A stretch of DNA of 64,000 nt from Gammaproteobacteria bacterium (lineage in GTDB: Bacteria > Pseudomonadota > Gammaproteobacteria > Ga0077536): NCBI GenBank assembly GCA_965223085.1, contig OZ244981.1:182747-246746 (forward strand). The letters are read 5' to 3'. Position 1 is the stretch's first letter. Each line of letters begins with the position of its first letter. Shown here piece after piece: positions 30,969 through 41,139 of the stretch. The notes beneath the pieces were generated by a model. The model was not told the origin of the DNA. It did no database searches and saw nothing but the letters and a program-made list of their open reading frames with translations. A program made the position numbers and the translations under genes.

Positions 30969-31922
30969 GTGGCGTTATTACCGCAAATCTTGCGACTGTC
31001 ATACGTTGGAAAAACGTTCATCGTGAACATTCAGGGAGGCGATGGCATGCAACTGGACCATGGGATCGGGGTGCGCGAAGACGATTTGCCTTGGGTAGAC
31101 ATCGGCGTACGACCCGGCTACAAACAACGCTATCAAGGTTTTTTCGACCGATCGCGATACATCGCTGCCCGCATCGGGAGTCTTTACGCAGAGCCCTATT
31201 ATCACTCGCCGCGTCACCGTCACACTTTTCAACAGGTGCGCTATGTCTACGGCGGTAAAATGAAATATGGCGACGAAATTTACGGCGTCGGTGACTGTTT
31301 GTATATTCCCGAAGGTGCGTATTACGGGCCGATTAAGCCGGTCGACGACGGCACGGAAGAGCAATTACATTTTGTTGATATCCAACTAGAAGGACCGAGT
31401 GGCATTCCTTACCCCGATCCGGACGTCGTCGTTAACGCCCAGCGCGAGTTGGCGGAGAGCGGCTCCTTCGAAGAAGGGGTGTATACGTTTGCGGACGGAC
31501 ACAAACGGGATGCATACGAAGCGATCCTGGAAAAAATCACCGGCGAGCCTATCAGCTACCCAGCCGCGCGCTTGAGCGACTATGTCGTGATGCGCTCCCA
31601 CGCTTATCCTTATGTCAAACACCCGCAGCTAGCGGGCGTCACGCAGAAGCACTTGGGTTGCTTTTTCGAATGCGGACCCAACTTGAAAGTGATTGCGATC
31701 GCCGCAGATCAGACCCTTGCCGCTGCCCGCCCGGATGGACACCGCGCCGTGTTTCTGCTCAAAGGTGCCGTAGAATTCAACGGTCAGCACTTCACACCGC
31801 TGTCGTATTTTATGCTGCCCCACGATGAACCCTATGCCGCCTTCCAAGCTCGAGACGACAGCGAGATGCTGGTGATCGCATGGACGTATCGCGGGCATAC
31901 GATTCCTTTCGAACTCTTCTGA
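30969..31922 (+). CDS. Cupin-domain protein (probably a bicupin)
   Basis: Cupin-like His/Glu-rich beta-barrel motifs. The start may be ATG 31046. Confidence 0.5.
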   Translation: MALLPQILRLSYVGKTFIVNIQGGDGMQLDHGIGVREDDLPWVDIGVRPGYKQRYQGFFDRSRYIAARIGSLYAEPYYHSPRHRHTFQQVRYVYGGKMKYGDEIYGVGDCLYIPEGAYYGPIKPVDDGTEEQLHFVDIQLEGPSGIPYPDPDVVVNAQRELAESGSFEEGVYTFADGHKRDAYEAILEKITGEPISYPAARLSDYVVMRSHAYPYVKHPQLAGVTQKHLGCFFECGPNLKVIAIAADQTLAAARPDGHRAVFLLKGAVEFNGQHFTPLSYFMLPHDEPYAAFQARDDSEMLVIAWTYRGHTIPFELF

Positions 31923-31934
31923 TTTTTCGACGCT

Positions 31935-32888
31935 ATGCGCCTCGCCACGATACGCCTGCCCGACAGCGGTGAACTTCGCTACGCGGTAGTGAGCGGTGAT
32001 GAAGTGATCGATCTCGACGCTGCTGACGCGCGGTTGAATCTTTCCGGACTACCGCGCCGATCTGTAGTTCCCCGCAACCACCATGACTGGTTCACGACCG
32101 CCGGCCGAAGTCGCGCGCAAATGCTCCTCGAACGTGCCAGCGAAGCGCGTGCTGCTGCGGGCGTGTGGTACCGCCGCGATGAGGTCACATTTGGACCTCC
32201 CATTCGACAGCCACGAAAATTCATTGCGGCGGGGCGCAATTATGCCGATCACGTACGCGAAAGTCAGCGCATTTGGGCCGCGCGCGGCAAAGAGGTGGCA
32301 CGCGCCGCGCGCCCAACCGCGTTCGCGAAATTTGCTTCGAGCATTGTTGGTCCCCACGAACCTATTCGCCTTCCCGTCGGCGTAAACAGCGTGGATTATG
32401 AAGTCGAGCTCGCCGTCATCATCGGCGCTCCCGCCCATGACGTAGACGTCTCGGAAGCACTAGAGTTTGTAGCGGGCTACACAATCTGCAACGATATCGG
32501 CGCCCGCGACATCCAGCGCTTCGAGATGGAACATCAAATTGGCATCGTCATGGCTAAGAATTTTCCGACTTTTGCACCGCTCGGACCGTGGCTCGTGACA
32601 AGCGATGAAATTCCCGATCCACAAATCCTGCGCATCGGCCTGGAAGTAAACGGCGAACCACGCCAAGACGCAAACACTGCAGATATGATTTTTTCAGTAG
32701 CTGAACTCATCGCGTATTGGTCGCGTCTGGGGCTCGAACCCGGCGATATAATTACCACCGGGACCCCGGCCGGGGTTGCGCTGGCGCGTTCGGAACCGGA
32801 GGTTTTTTATCTCAAACCCGGCGATACTGTGCGAGCTTTCATCGAAGGTATCGGCGCGTTAGTTAATCCCGTTTCGCGTTCCTCATAA
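31935..32888 (+). CDS. Fumarylacetoacetate-hydrolase family protein
   Basis: FAH-domain motifs (GRNYADHVRE, ELAVIIG, ITTGTPAGV). Confidence 0.8.
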   Translation: MRLATIRLPDSGELRYAVVSGDEVIDLDAADARLNLSGLPRRSVVPRNHHDWFTTAGRSRAQMLLERASEARAAAGVWYRRDEVTFGPPIRQPRKFIAAGRNYADHVRESQRIWAARGKEVARAARPTAFAKFASSIVGPHEPIRLPVGVNSVDYEVELAVIIGAPAHDVDVSEALEFVAGYTICNDIGARDIQRFEMEHQIGIVMAKNFPTFAPLGPWLVTSDEIPDPQILRIGLEVNGEPRQDANTADMIFSVAELIAYWSRLGLEPGDIITTGTPAGVALARSEPEVFYLKPGDTVRAFIEGIGALVNPVSRSS

Positions 32889-32902
32889 ATAGCAACTACG
32901 TA

Positions 32903-34021
32903 ATGAATAGCCGCGCCACCAACCAAGCACCTTTGTTCGGTGAGAACCGCCTGAAGCTCGGAGTGTTTTCCGCCAACGTCAGCGGAGGCGGTACGATGAC
33001 TACGGCAGCAGACGCCCTCACCTTGGATTGGTCACAGACGCTTAAGATTCATCAAGAAGCAGACCGGTTGGGCTTTGAAGTTCTGATCCCGGTTGCGCGT
33101 TGGCGCAGCTTTGGTGGGCCAAGCGACTTCAACGCGAACGCCTTCGAAACCTATTCGTGGGCGGCGGGGGTCGGTCAGGCGACCCAGCGTGTGGCGTGTG
33201 TCGCCACCTCGCACGTCACCACCGTGCATCCCTTGTTCGCGGCCAAGCAAGCTACGACTATCGACCACATCACCGGCGGGCGCTTTGCGCTTAACATCGT
33301 TTGCGGATGGTACAAAGAAGAGCTCGAGATGTTCGGCGGCAACATCATGGAGCACGATCTGCGTTACGATTACGCAGCGGAATGGGTCGAGCTGGTCAAA
33401 CGATTTTGGACGAGTGAAGAGGAATTCGATTTTGATGGCCGCTTCTTTTCAATACGTAGGGGAGTAGCGCGGCCGCGACCAATTCAGCAGCCGCGGCCAC
33501 CGCTGATCAATGCCGGCGGTTCACCGCGCGGCCGGCGGTTCGCAACCGAACATTGTGACGTAGCGTTCGTGCCGGTCGATCAGGAGGATCTCGGCGCCGC
33601 CGCAACCCATGTGAAAGCGTATCGCGAGATGGCACGCAAGGAATTCAACCGCCACCTCGACGTCTGGGCGATCGCCTACGTCATACAGCGGGATACCCAG
33701 CGTGAGGCGGAGGATTACCTCAACTATTATGCCGTCGAACACGGCGACGACGTCGCGGTCGAAAACTGTCTGGGCACGCTAGGCGTGCAATCGCAAATGT
33801 ACACGGCGGAACAATACGAGCGCCTCAAATTTCATTTGAAAGCAGGGTATTTCGGCTACCCGCTCGTCGGAACGAAGGAGCGCATCGTCGATGAAATAAC
33901 CCGCCTGTCGGCTATCGGCATTGACGGCCTCGCCCTCGTGTGGTGTGACTACTACGATGGCTTAAAGCGCTGGGGCCAAGATATTATGCCGCTACTACAG
34001 GAAGTCGATTTGCGCGCCTAG
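32903..34021 (+). CDS. LLM-class flavin-dependent monooxygenase
   Basis: 372 aa, SsuD/bacterial-luciferase-like. Confidence 0.75.
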   Translation: MNSRATNQAPLFGENRLKLGVFSANVSGGGTMTTAADALTLDWSQTLKIHQEADRLGFEVLIPVARWRSFGGPSDFNANAFETYSWAAGVGQATQRVACVATSHVTTVHPLFAAKQATTIDHITGGRFALNIVCGWYKEELEMFGGNIMEHDLRYDYAAEWVELVKRFWTSEEEFDFDGRFFSIRRGVARPRPIQQPRPPLINAGGSPRGRRFATEHCDVAFVPVDQEDLGAAATHVKAYREMARKEFNRHLDVWAIAYVIQRDTQREAEDYLNYYAVEHGDDVAVENCLGTLGVQSQMYTAEQYERLKFHLKAGYFGYPLVGTKERIVDEITRLSAIGIDGLALVWCDYYDGLKRWGQDIMPLLQEVDLRA

Positions 34022-34038
34022 GCGCCGATTCAGATGCA

Positions 34039-34455
34039 CTAAGCAACACTTTCTCGGTCGGCAAGATCACGGATTTGCTGCACGATTTCTGCAGCATCCG
34101 ATCCCGGACCGAAGGTCGCAGCAACGCCTTTGTTTTTGATTTCGTTTTTATCGTCTTGGCTAAGCACCGAACCCCCAACGACCACTGGGATGTCAAGAGC
34201 ACGGCTTTTTAGCAACTCGAACAGCTCATCAAGATAGTACAGATATTCCCAGGAATGACACGAGAGGCCGATCACGTCCACGCCTTCCTCCAAGGCGGAA
34301 TCGACGATCATTTCCGGCGTTCCAAAGCGGCCAAGATATATCACTTCCATGCCCGCATCGCGCAGCATTCGCGCCACCGCAAATGCGCCTGCCTCGTGTT
34401 GGTCCAGACCTAAAATTGCGAGCAGAATACGAACCGGCCGATCCATGGTATTCAT
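34039..34455 (-). CDS. Acyl-CoA mutase small subunit (cobalamin-binding domain)
   Basis: DxHxxG B12-binding motif (LDQHEAG), ...GLSCHS..., VVVGG. 138 aa. Fits the size of IcmB/HcmB-type subunits. Confidence 0.8.
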   Translation of the reverse strand: MNTMDRPVRILLAILGLDQHEAGAFAVARMLRDAGMEVIYLGRFGTPEMIVDSALEEGVDVIGLSCHSWEYLYYLDELFELLKSRALDIPVVVGGSVLSQDDKNEIKNKGVAATFGPGSDAAEIVQQIRDLADRESVA

Positions 34456-34479
34456 GCTTGGGTGTTCATAGCGGCGCGA

Positions 34480-36099
34480 TCACACCGGCGGCGCCATGTG
34501 ACCTAGCGGGTCATAGGGTGCCCCCACGCCGAGGCGCAAGGCACCAGCGATTTCTCCTTGGGTCAATTCGGCTTCCAACGCATCAGCGATGGGCACGATC
34601 AAATTGGCATCATCACGCTCGCCCAGCTCCTGAATACGGGCAAAATGTTCCGCCACAGCGACCCGGTCACGCCCGTCCTTGAATGCGCGGATCTCGTCGA
34701 TGCGCTGCCAGCATGGCGCTATTTTCGATTCGCTGTGATCGCGCAGCAGCGTGTCTTCCTCAGCTGGGATTTGAAACGCATTCACACCCACCTGAATTTC
34801 GCTGCCGTTTTGAATCCCATCGGCACGCCGGGTCATGGCATTCTGAAACAGTTCGCGAAACCAACCACTATCGCAGACATCTTTTAATGTGCCCATCGAT
34901 TCGATTTCGTTGATCATCGCGTCGATGCGCTGCTCCATCTCTGCGGTCAACGACTCGACGAAATACGACCCCCCAAGTGGATCGGCAACCCGATCGGCAC
35001 CGGCTTCGAGCTGCACGATTTGCTGTGTCCGCAAACTCACCAAGTGCGATTCGTGGCTCGGGGTACGATACGCTTCGTCAAAACACGAAATTTCGACTGC
35101 CTGCACCCCAGCAAGTGCGAGCGCAAGCCCCTGTATCGCACCGCGTGCAACGTTGTTGATCGGTTGCGCCATTGTCAGCGAAAGACCCGAGGTATGCGCG
35201 GTAATTGCGCACGACCAAGCGCGCGGATCTTTGGCACCAAATTCTTCCCTCATCATGCGCGCAAAAATACGTCGCGTCGCACGAATTTTTGCGATCTCCT
35301 CAAATAAATCCATTCTGCAATTGACCAGGATCGCAATGCGCGGCGCGAACGCATCGATATCGACACCGCGTTCGATCAGTTTTCGGACAATTTCCCTGAT
35401 CTCCACAAAGCCAAGCGCCATTTCTTCAACGGCGTTAAGGCCACCATCGCTGATGTAATACGTATCCTCCAAGAACGCATGAAAACGCGGCATCTCGGTG
35501 GCTGCGAACTCGATCGAATCGAGCGCCAAGCGCATGCGCAAATCATAAGGCATGTGAATTTGATAGCTGCAATCTTCACAATATGCGGGTAACAAGATGG
35601 TCGAGCCGCGCAACTCGCTGGGATCGAAGCCACGCCGTTGTGCGACGCGGTGATAAGCAGCGACGGTATAAGCGCCGGGCGGTAAGGAATGCGAAAAAGT
35701 GAGTTCGTTCAGCGGCAAGTCGGCATAGAGCTCTTCGAAATCTTGGAAACGGCAGATCGATACTCCGGTATTGCCGACGGCATGTCGCGCCAGCGGGTGA
35801 TCCGGATCCATCGCGGACATCGTGGGTGCATCGCCGATCACATCGAGGCCGCGGGCGCCTTTTTCGATTAATTGGCGAAATTGTTCGTTAGAACGGCGTG
35901 CGGTACCCTCGCCCGATAGCTCCTGTTGGATCCACGTATCGCGACGCCGGGGACTCGCCAGCCGCCCCCGCGTAAACGGATATTCACCTGGGTCAGCGAG
36001 CCACCCCTGCGCGTGCTCCGCGTCTGCCGTGGGAATATCGGCCGGGGTATAAAAAGCATGCAGCGGAAGGCCGGATTGCGTAGTACGATCAGACATCAT
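34480..36099 (-). CDS. Acyl-CoA mutase large (substrate-binding TIM-barrel) subunit, non-MCM type
   Basis: Collinear with the MCM N-domain (GEYPFTRG..., ...HTSG...). The residues aligned with the MCM carboxylate-binding Tyr89/Arg207 appear to be Gln/Ser, but my alignment is by eye. True start is ATG 36099 (MMSDRTT); the 681-aa track ORF is over-extended. Confidence 0.75.
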   Translation of the reverse strand: MMSDRTTQSGLPLHAFYTPADIPTADAEHAQGWLADPGEYPFTRGRLASPRRRDTWIQQELSGEGTARRSNEQFRQLIEKGARGLDVIGDAPTMSAMDPDHPLARHAVGNTGVSICRFQDFEELYADLPLNELTFSHSLPPGAYTVAAYHRVAQRRGFDPSELRGSTILLPAYCEDCSYQIHMPYDLRMRLALDSIEFAATEMPRFHAFLEDTYYISDGGLNAVEEMALGFVEIREIVRKLIERGVDIDAFAPRIAILVNCRMDLFEEIAKIRATRRIFARMMREEFGAKDPRAWSCAITAHTSGLSLTMAQPINNVARGAIQGLALALAGVQAVEISCFDEAYRTPSHESHLVSLRTQQIVQLEAGADRVADPLGGSYFVESLTAEMEQRIDAMINEIESMGTLKDVCDSGWFRELFQNAMTRRADGIQNGSEIQVGVNAFQIPAEEDTLLRDHSESKIAPCWQRIDEIRAFKDGRDRVAVAEHFARIQELGERDDANLIVPIADALEAELTQGEIAGALRLGVGAPYDPLGHMAPPV

Positions 36100-36169
36100 G
36101 TATGAATAGTAACATCGCCACGAAAGAATTTGGCGCGCCGCGTCTCGCAAGCCGCTTGCTGCGCTACCC

Positions 36170-37138
36170 ATGAACGACGAGCAAGCGCGCCGGGTACTGC
36201 AAGGGGAACGCGTTGCGGTTGCCACAGCTTTGAACCTCATCGATGCACGCAACGCGCAACGGCGCGCACGCGCCTTGCCATTGCTACAGGCGCTCGAGAA
36301 TGCGAACAGCACCGCGGTTGCCGTCCGCATCGGCCTCACCGGCGCACCTGGCTGCGGTAAATCAACCCTCATCGACGCCTTGATCGGCGAAATTCGCCAC
36401 CGCGGCGAGACCGTGGGGGTCATTGCCGTCGACCCATCGAGCCGCGATAGCGGTGGTGCGCTACTAGCCGACCGTGTTCGCGCCCAGCACCGCAGCAAGG
36501 ACGAGGGGGTTTTTTTTCGTTCCATGGCCGCACGCGATCGGCTCGGCGGGCTGGCAGCGGCTAGCCGCTCGGCGGTTACGGTTTTGTCCGCCGCGTTCGA
36601 CTGGGTGATCGTCGAATCCGTCGGCGTCGGTCAATCCGAAGTCGAGATCGCCGACTTGGTCGATACGCTGATCTACGTCGCGCAACCAGGTGCCGGCGAT
36701 GTACTGCAATATATGAAAGCTGGACTGCTGGAATTACCCGATATTTTTGTCGTCAACAAAGCCGACCTCGGCCCGGCCGCGCAACTGACGGAGAAGGAAT
36801 TGCGCCGCGGCCTGGCCCTCGAGGCCTCGAACGATGCGACCTGGCAAGCGCCGGTATTGCTCGCTGCGGCCAGCGAGAGCCGCGGCATTGGTGCGCTGGT
36901 CGACGCGATCATCCGCCACCGCACAACGTCCAGCCACGAAGAGCGACTCGCGAACCGCCGCCGTGACCGCATCCGCTATCTATTTTCCGAACTTGCTGAT
37001 CGTTACGGTTCTTTTGGTTTCGAGGCCCTGGGCGGACCCGCGACGGTACGCAAAATGCTCACCGACGCGGTCGATCGATCCGAAGTCGAAGTGTTAGAAG
37101 ATCTCAGTAAGCGCATCGAAACCGCATTGCGCCAATAA
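36170..37138 (+). CDS. meaB: MeaB/ArgK-type G-protein chaperone for B12 mutases
   Basis: P-loop GLTGAPGCGKST and NKAD motifs. Divergent from the mutase genes. Confidence 0.85.
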   Translation: MNDEQARRVLQGERVAVATALNLIDARNAQRRARALPLLQALENANSTAVAVRIGLTGAPGCGKSTLIDALIGEIRHRGETVGVIAVDPSSRDSGGALLADRVRAQHRSKDEGVFFRSMAARDRLGGLAAASRSAVTVLSAAFDWVIVESVGVGQSEVEIADLVDTLIYVAQPGAGDVLQYMKAGLLELPDIFVVNKADLGPAAQLTEKELRRGLALEASNDATWQAPVLLAAASESRGIGALVDAIIRHRTTSSHEERLANRRRDRIRYLFSELADRYGSFGFEALGGPATVRKMLTDAVDRSEVEVLEDLSKRIETALRQ

Positions 37139-37171
37139 CTCCGGTGACTAGCAGTCTATCGGACTTAAGGA

Positions 37172-37948
37172 TCACACGATCGTCCAGCCACCGTCGACGA
37201 CTAAGGTGTGACCCGTGATCATGCTCGCCGCGCTTGAAGCTAAGAAAATTACCGGCGCGGATATTTCCTCGGCTTCAGCAAAATCACCACGCAGCAGGTT
37301 ATTTGTTTTCATCGCCGCGGCGAACGCCGGGTTATCGCGCACCGCCACCTCCGCCAAAGGCGAACGTGTCACGGTGGGCGCAACGGCATTCACACGAAGG
37401 CCAAATTCTGCCCACTCCGCGGCCAAGGTGCGCGTGAGATTGTTAACCCCACCTTTAGCCCCGCTGTATGGTGCCCGCAATGGTGCCCCGACAACACCCG
37501 CTTGCGATGAAATATTGACGATGCTACCGCCGTCGCCTTGTGCGATCATTTGCCGCGCGGCATATTGACTGCAAAAAAACACACTTTTCAAATTTACCCC
37601 GATCAGATGATCGAATAACTCCTCGTCACACTCGAGCGCGGGGCCCAAGGTATTATCACCGGCGTTGTTAACGAACACGTCGATACGCCCATAGTGGACA
37701 GTAACCTCGTCGATAAAACGCTGAATAGACACCACGTTCGTGACATCGAGTGAGTGGTAAAAACAACGCCGCCCGAGACCTTGAATTTCTGTTGCGAGCG
37801 CCTCGAGTTCCGCTGTTGTGCGACTACCAACGGCTACGCGAGCGCCCGATCGGGCTGCATCAAGCGCGATCGCACGCCCGATGCCTCTGCCAGCACCGGT
37901 GACGACAAATACCCTGTCTTCTAAGCCGAAGCATTCGAGCTGTGGCAC
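37172..37948 (-). CDS. SDR-family oxidoreductase
   Basis: TGAGRGIG; YSGAK. Confidence 0.8.
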   Translation of the reverse strand: MPQLECFGLEDRVFVVTGAGRGIGRAIALDAARSGARVAVGSRTTAELEALATEIQGLGRRCFYHSLDVTNVVSIQRFIDEVTVHYGRIDVFVNNAGDNTLGPALECDEELFDHLIGVNLKSVFFCSQYAARQMIAQGDGGSIVNISSQAGVVGAPLRAPYSGAKGGVNNLTRTLAAEWAEFGLRVNAVAPTVTRSPLAEVAVRDNPAFAAAMKTNNLLRGDFAEAEEISAPVIFLASSAASMITGHTLVVDGGWTIV

Positions 37949-38047
37949 GTCTTGTCCCCCTCGTGAGTTATCGCTGATTTATAAGCTGGCGGTTGCGAAA
38001 AAAAGCCATTGTGTTTCGCACCGAAGCACGCATCCGATCAGGAAAGT

Positions 38048-41000
38048 TCAGGCCTTCACGCGAAACAATGTCGCGTAAAGCACCGGCACCAGCAGCAACG
38101 TCAACGCCGTTCCAAACGCCAAACCCGCCATAATTGTAACCGCGAGCCCCATCCAAAATTGATCTTGCAACAGCGGGATAACACCAAGCACAGTCGTCGC
38201 GGCAGCGAGCACAACAGGACGCGCCCGAGAGACTGCGGCATCGAGGATCGCATCGTAGCGGTTCTCGCCTGCAGCGAGATAACTGTCGGTTTGATCAAGC
38301 AAGACGACCGCATTTTTGATCATCATGCCGACTAAACTCATCGCGCCCAGCAACGCCAAAAATCCAAACGGCGCGCCAGTAGCTAGCAAACCGACCGTAA
38401 TGCCGATCACCGCGAATGGAATCGACAACGCGATGACCAACGGCGGTCGATAAGCGTTGAACAACGCTACGATAATAAACGCGATGATCGTCATGGCAGG
38501 AATGACACCTGGGATCAGTGACAATTGCGAATCGCGGGCACTTTCATACTCCCCGCCCCATTCCATGACATAAGCTTCTGGCAACGAGATATTTTCAAAT
38601 CCTGCGAGCACCGAACGCCGCAGTTCCGGCAAAGTAACGCCGTCGCGCGGATTGGCCTGCACGGTAATCGTTCGACGGCGGTCACGACGCCATACGATCG
38701 GATCTTCCCACACCATTTCGATGGCGTCGCTCACTTGACCTAGCGGCACGACGTGCCCGCTCGCACTTGCCTCCACTTGCAGCGCGAGCAAACCGCCGAT
38801 GGAGCGCCGTTCCGTTTCGTTATAGCGCAACAGGATCGGAATTAATTCGTCACTCTCGCGATACAAACCGACCACGCGCCCATCAAAGGCGCGTTTGGTC
38901 GTGTTTGCCACATCCGCACGGGTTACGCCTGCCCAGCGACCACGCTGCTCATTGTAGCGCGGCACAATAATTTTCGTGCGTTGGCGCCAATCGGTGGTGT
39001 AATCGCCGACCAAGGATGCGCGACGCAGAATATCAGTTCCCGCTGCCGCCGTGGCGCGCAACACCTTGGGGTCCGCAACCGCCGGCCCGCTAATGCGCAC
39101 TTCAAACTTCCACGTATTGCTGGGGCCTACGCCATATTTCCGTAGCGGGATTTGGGCATCGGGAAATTGTTCCAGCAACCACGGCCCAAGGTCGGCAATG
39201 ATGTCATCGATCGCGCCGACATCGCGCACATTGACGATAAACTGGCCATACGCTGCGTTGTGCGGCTCGGGCTCGATAGGCAAATAAAAGCGTGGCGGCC
39301 CGGCACCAACAAACGTCGCCACGTTCTCCACGCGCGTATCTTGCAAGAGGCGTTTTTCGATGCGCTGCATTTCTGCACTCGTGACACCGATTTGGGTGCC
39401 CTCGGGAGCCCAATAGTCGATCATGAACTTAGTCATCGAAGATGCCGGGAAAAAAAGCTGCTTTACTTGACTAAAACCCGCCAATGATGCCAACAATAAA
39501 GTAACCGCCGCGATGCAAGTGAAACCGCGTTTGCCGATCGCGCGCTGGAGAACACGGCGAAACGCCCGTAGCATCGGCGTAGCGTGCGGGTCATCCGTCG
39601 TACCGCCACTGGGATCCGGGATCAAATCGAGGCACTGTACCGGTGTCACCGTGATAGACACGATCCAGGAAAGCAGTAAAGAAATAGCCACGACGCTGAA
39701 TAATGAGGCGCAGTATTCACCCGCATTTTCCTGCGAGGCGGCGATTGGATAGAACGCCATCACCGCGACAACGGTAGCACCCAACAAGGGGATCGCGGGT
39801 TGCGATGCGGCCTCGATGGCAGCCTGTCTGCGCCCCACGCCACGGCGAAGACGTACGATAAAACCGTCGGCGACGACAATTGCGTTGTCGACCATCATAC
39901 CGAGCGCGATGATCAGCGCGCCTAAGGACATGCGCTGCAAATCGATCCCGAACAACGCCATGAGGGTAAATGTTCCGAAAATCGTCACGATCAACGCGCT
40001 GCCGACGATCAAAGACAACCTCCACCCCATGCCAATCGTCAGCACGATGACAACGATTACCACCGCTTCTGCGAAACTCACGAGAAACCCATTGACCGCG
40101 TCACGAATAACGTCGGATTGCCAATGAACACGCCGCAATTCGATTCCGACCGGCAACTCCGCTTCCAACTGGCGCAAGCGAGCGGCTACTTGTTGCCCCA
40201 TTTCGACGACGTTGGCGCCCGGCACATTGCTGATAGAGATCGCGAGCGCTGTTTGACCGTTGAAACGCATAATCGTTTCGGCTGGCTCGGCGTAACCACG
40301 CCTCACTTCCGCGACATCGCGTATACGTATTAATTCGCTGCGAGGTGAACCCAAGGCTGGCCGACTTGAGTTCGGTGCGACTCGAATGATCAAGTTAGCA
40401 ACATCTTCCGTGGATGCGAATTCCCCACTGGGCGCAAAACGCAATCGTTGCCGCTGCAGATCTACACTACCTGCGTCGTTAACTAAGTTTTGATGGCTGA
40501 GCGTGCGTTGCAACGTGTGCTCATCCGCACCTAGTTGCGTAGCGAGAGATTCCGAGACATCGATATAGATAACTTCGTCCTGTGCTCCCCACAGATCGAC
40601 TTTCGATACCCCTTTCAGCAAGGTGATTTCTTTTTTGATGCGCTTAGCATAAGACTCGAGTTCAGCATACGAAAAACCATCGCTCACTAACGCGATTACG
40701 TGCCCATAAACGTCGCCAAAATCGTCGTTGACCAAAGACTGCCCGGCCCCCGGAGGCAACGATGGCTGCGTGTCGGCCACCTGGCGCCGTAGCTCGTCCC
40801 AAACTTGGGGTAATGTATCGGTTCTTACAGTCGGTTTGATGTTGGCCCAAATGAGCGACATGCCGGCCGTTGATTTTGAACGCACAAAATCGAGTGCCTT
40901 GAGCTGCTGCACGGCAAGTTCCAGTCTATCGGTGACTTCTAATTCGACTTCCGTAGGGCTCGCGCCCGGATAAGGTGTCGCGATAACCGCAGTCTTAATC

Positions 41001-41122
41001 GTGAAGTCCGGGTCTTCCAACTGCCCCAGCACAAAATAGCTTGCGATCCCTGCGAGCATCACTAACGCCGTTCCGAAGTACGTGACTTTTTTTTGTGCGA
41101 TAGCTACTGCGGCGATACCCAC
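38048..41122 (-). CDS. RND efflux transporter permease (AcrB/HAE family)
   Basis: 1024 aa, 12-TM RND architecture. Confidence 0.9.
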   Translation of the reverse strand: MGIAAVAIAQKKVTYFGTALVMLAGIASYFVLGQLEDPDFTIKTAVIATPYPGASPTEVELEVTDRLELAVQQLKALDFVRSKSTAGMSLIWANIKPTVRTDTLPQVWDELRRQVADTQPSLPPGAGQSLVNDDFGDVYGHVIALVSDGFSYAELESYAKRIKKEITLLKGVSKVDLWGAQDEVIYIDVSESLATQLGADEHTLQRTLSHQNLVNDAGSVDLQRQRLRFAPSGEFASTEDVANLIIRVAPNSSRPALGSPRSELIRIRDVAEVRRGYAEPAETIMRFNGQTALAISISNVPGANVVEMGQQVAARLRQLEAELPVGIELRRVHWQSDVIRDAVNGFLVSFAEAVVIVVIVLTIGMGWRLSLIVGSALIVTIFGTFTLMALFGIDLQRMSLGALIIALGMMVDNAIVVADGFIVRLRRGVGRRQAAIEAASQPAIPLLGATVVAVMAFYPIAASQENAGEYCASLFSVVAISLLLSWIVSITVTPVQCLDLIPDPSGGTTDDPHATPMLRAFRRVLQRAIGKRGFTCIAAVTLLLASLAGFSQVKQLFFPASSMTKFMIDYWAPEGTQIGVTSAEMQRIEKRLLQDTRVENVATFVGAGPPRFYLPIEPEPHNAAYGQFIVNVRDVGAIDDIIADLGPWLLEQFPDAQIPLRKYGVGPSNTWKFEVRISGPAVADPKVLRATAAAGTDILRRASLVGDYTTDWRQRTKIIVPRYNEQRGRWAGVTRADVANTTKRAFDGRVVGLYRESDELIPILLRYNETERRSIGGLLALQVEASASGHVVPLGQVSDAIEMVWEDPIVWRRDRRRTITVQANPRDGVTLPELRRSVLAGFENISLPEAYVMEWGGEYESARDSQLSLIPGVIPAMTIIAFIIVALFNAYRPPLVIALSIPFAVIGITVGLLATGAPFGFLALLGAMSLVGMMIKNAVVLLDQTDSYLAAGENRYDAILDAAVSRARPVVLAAATTVLGVIPLLQDQFWMGLAVTIMAGLAFGTALTLLLVPVLYATLFRVKA

Positions 41123-41139
41123 AAACGAGTTTCCATGTC

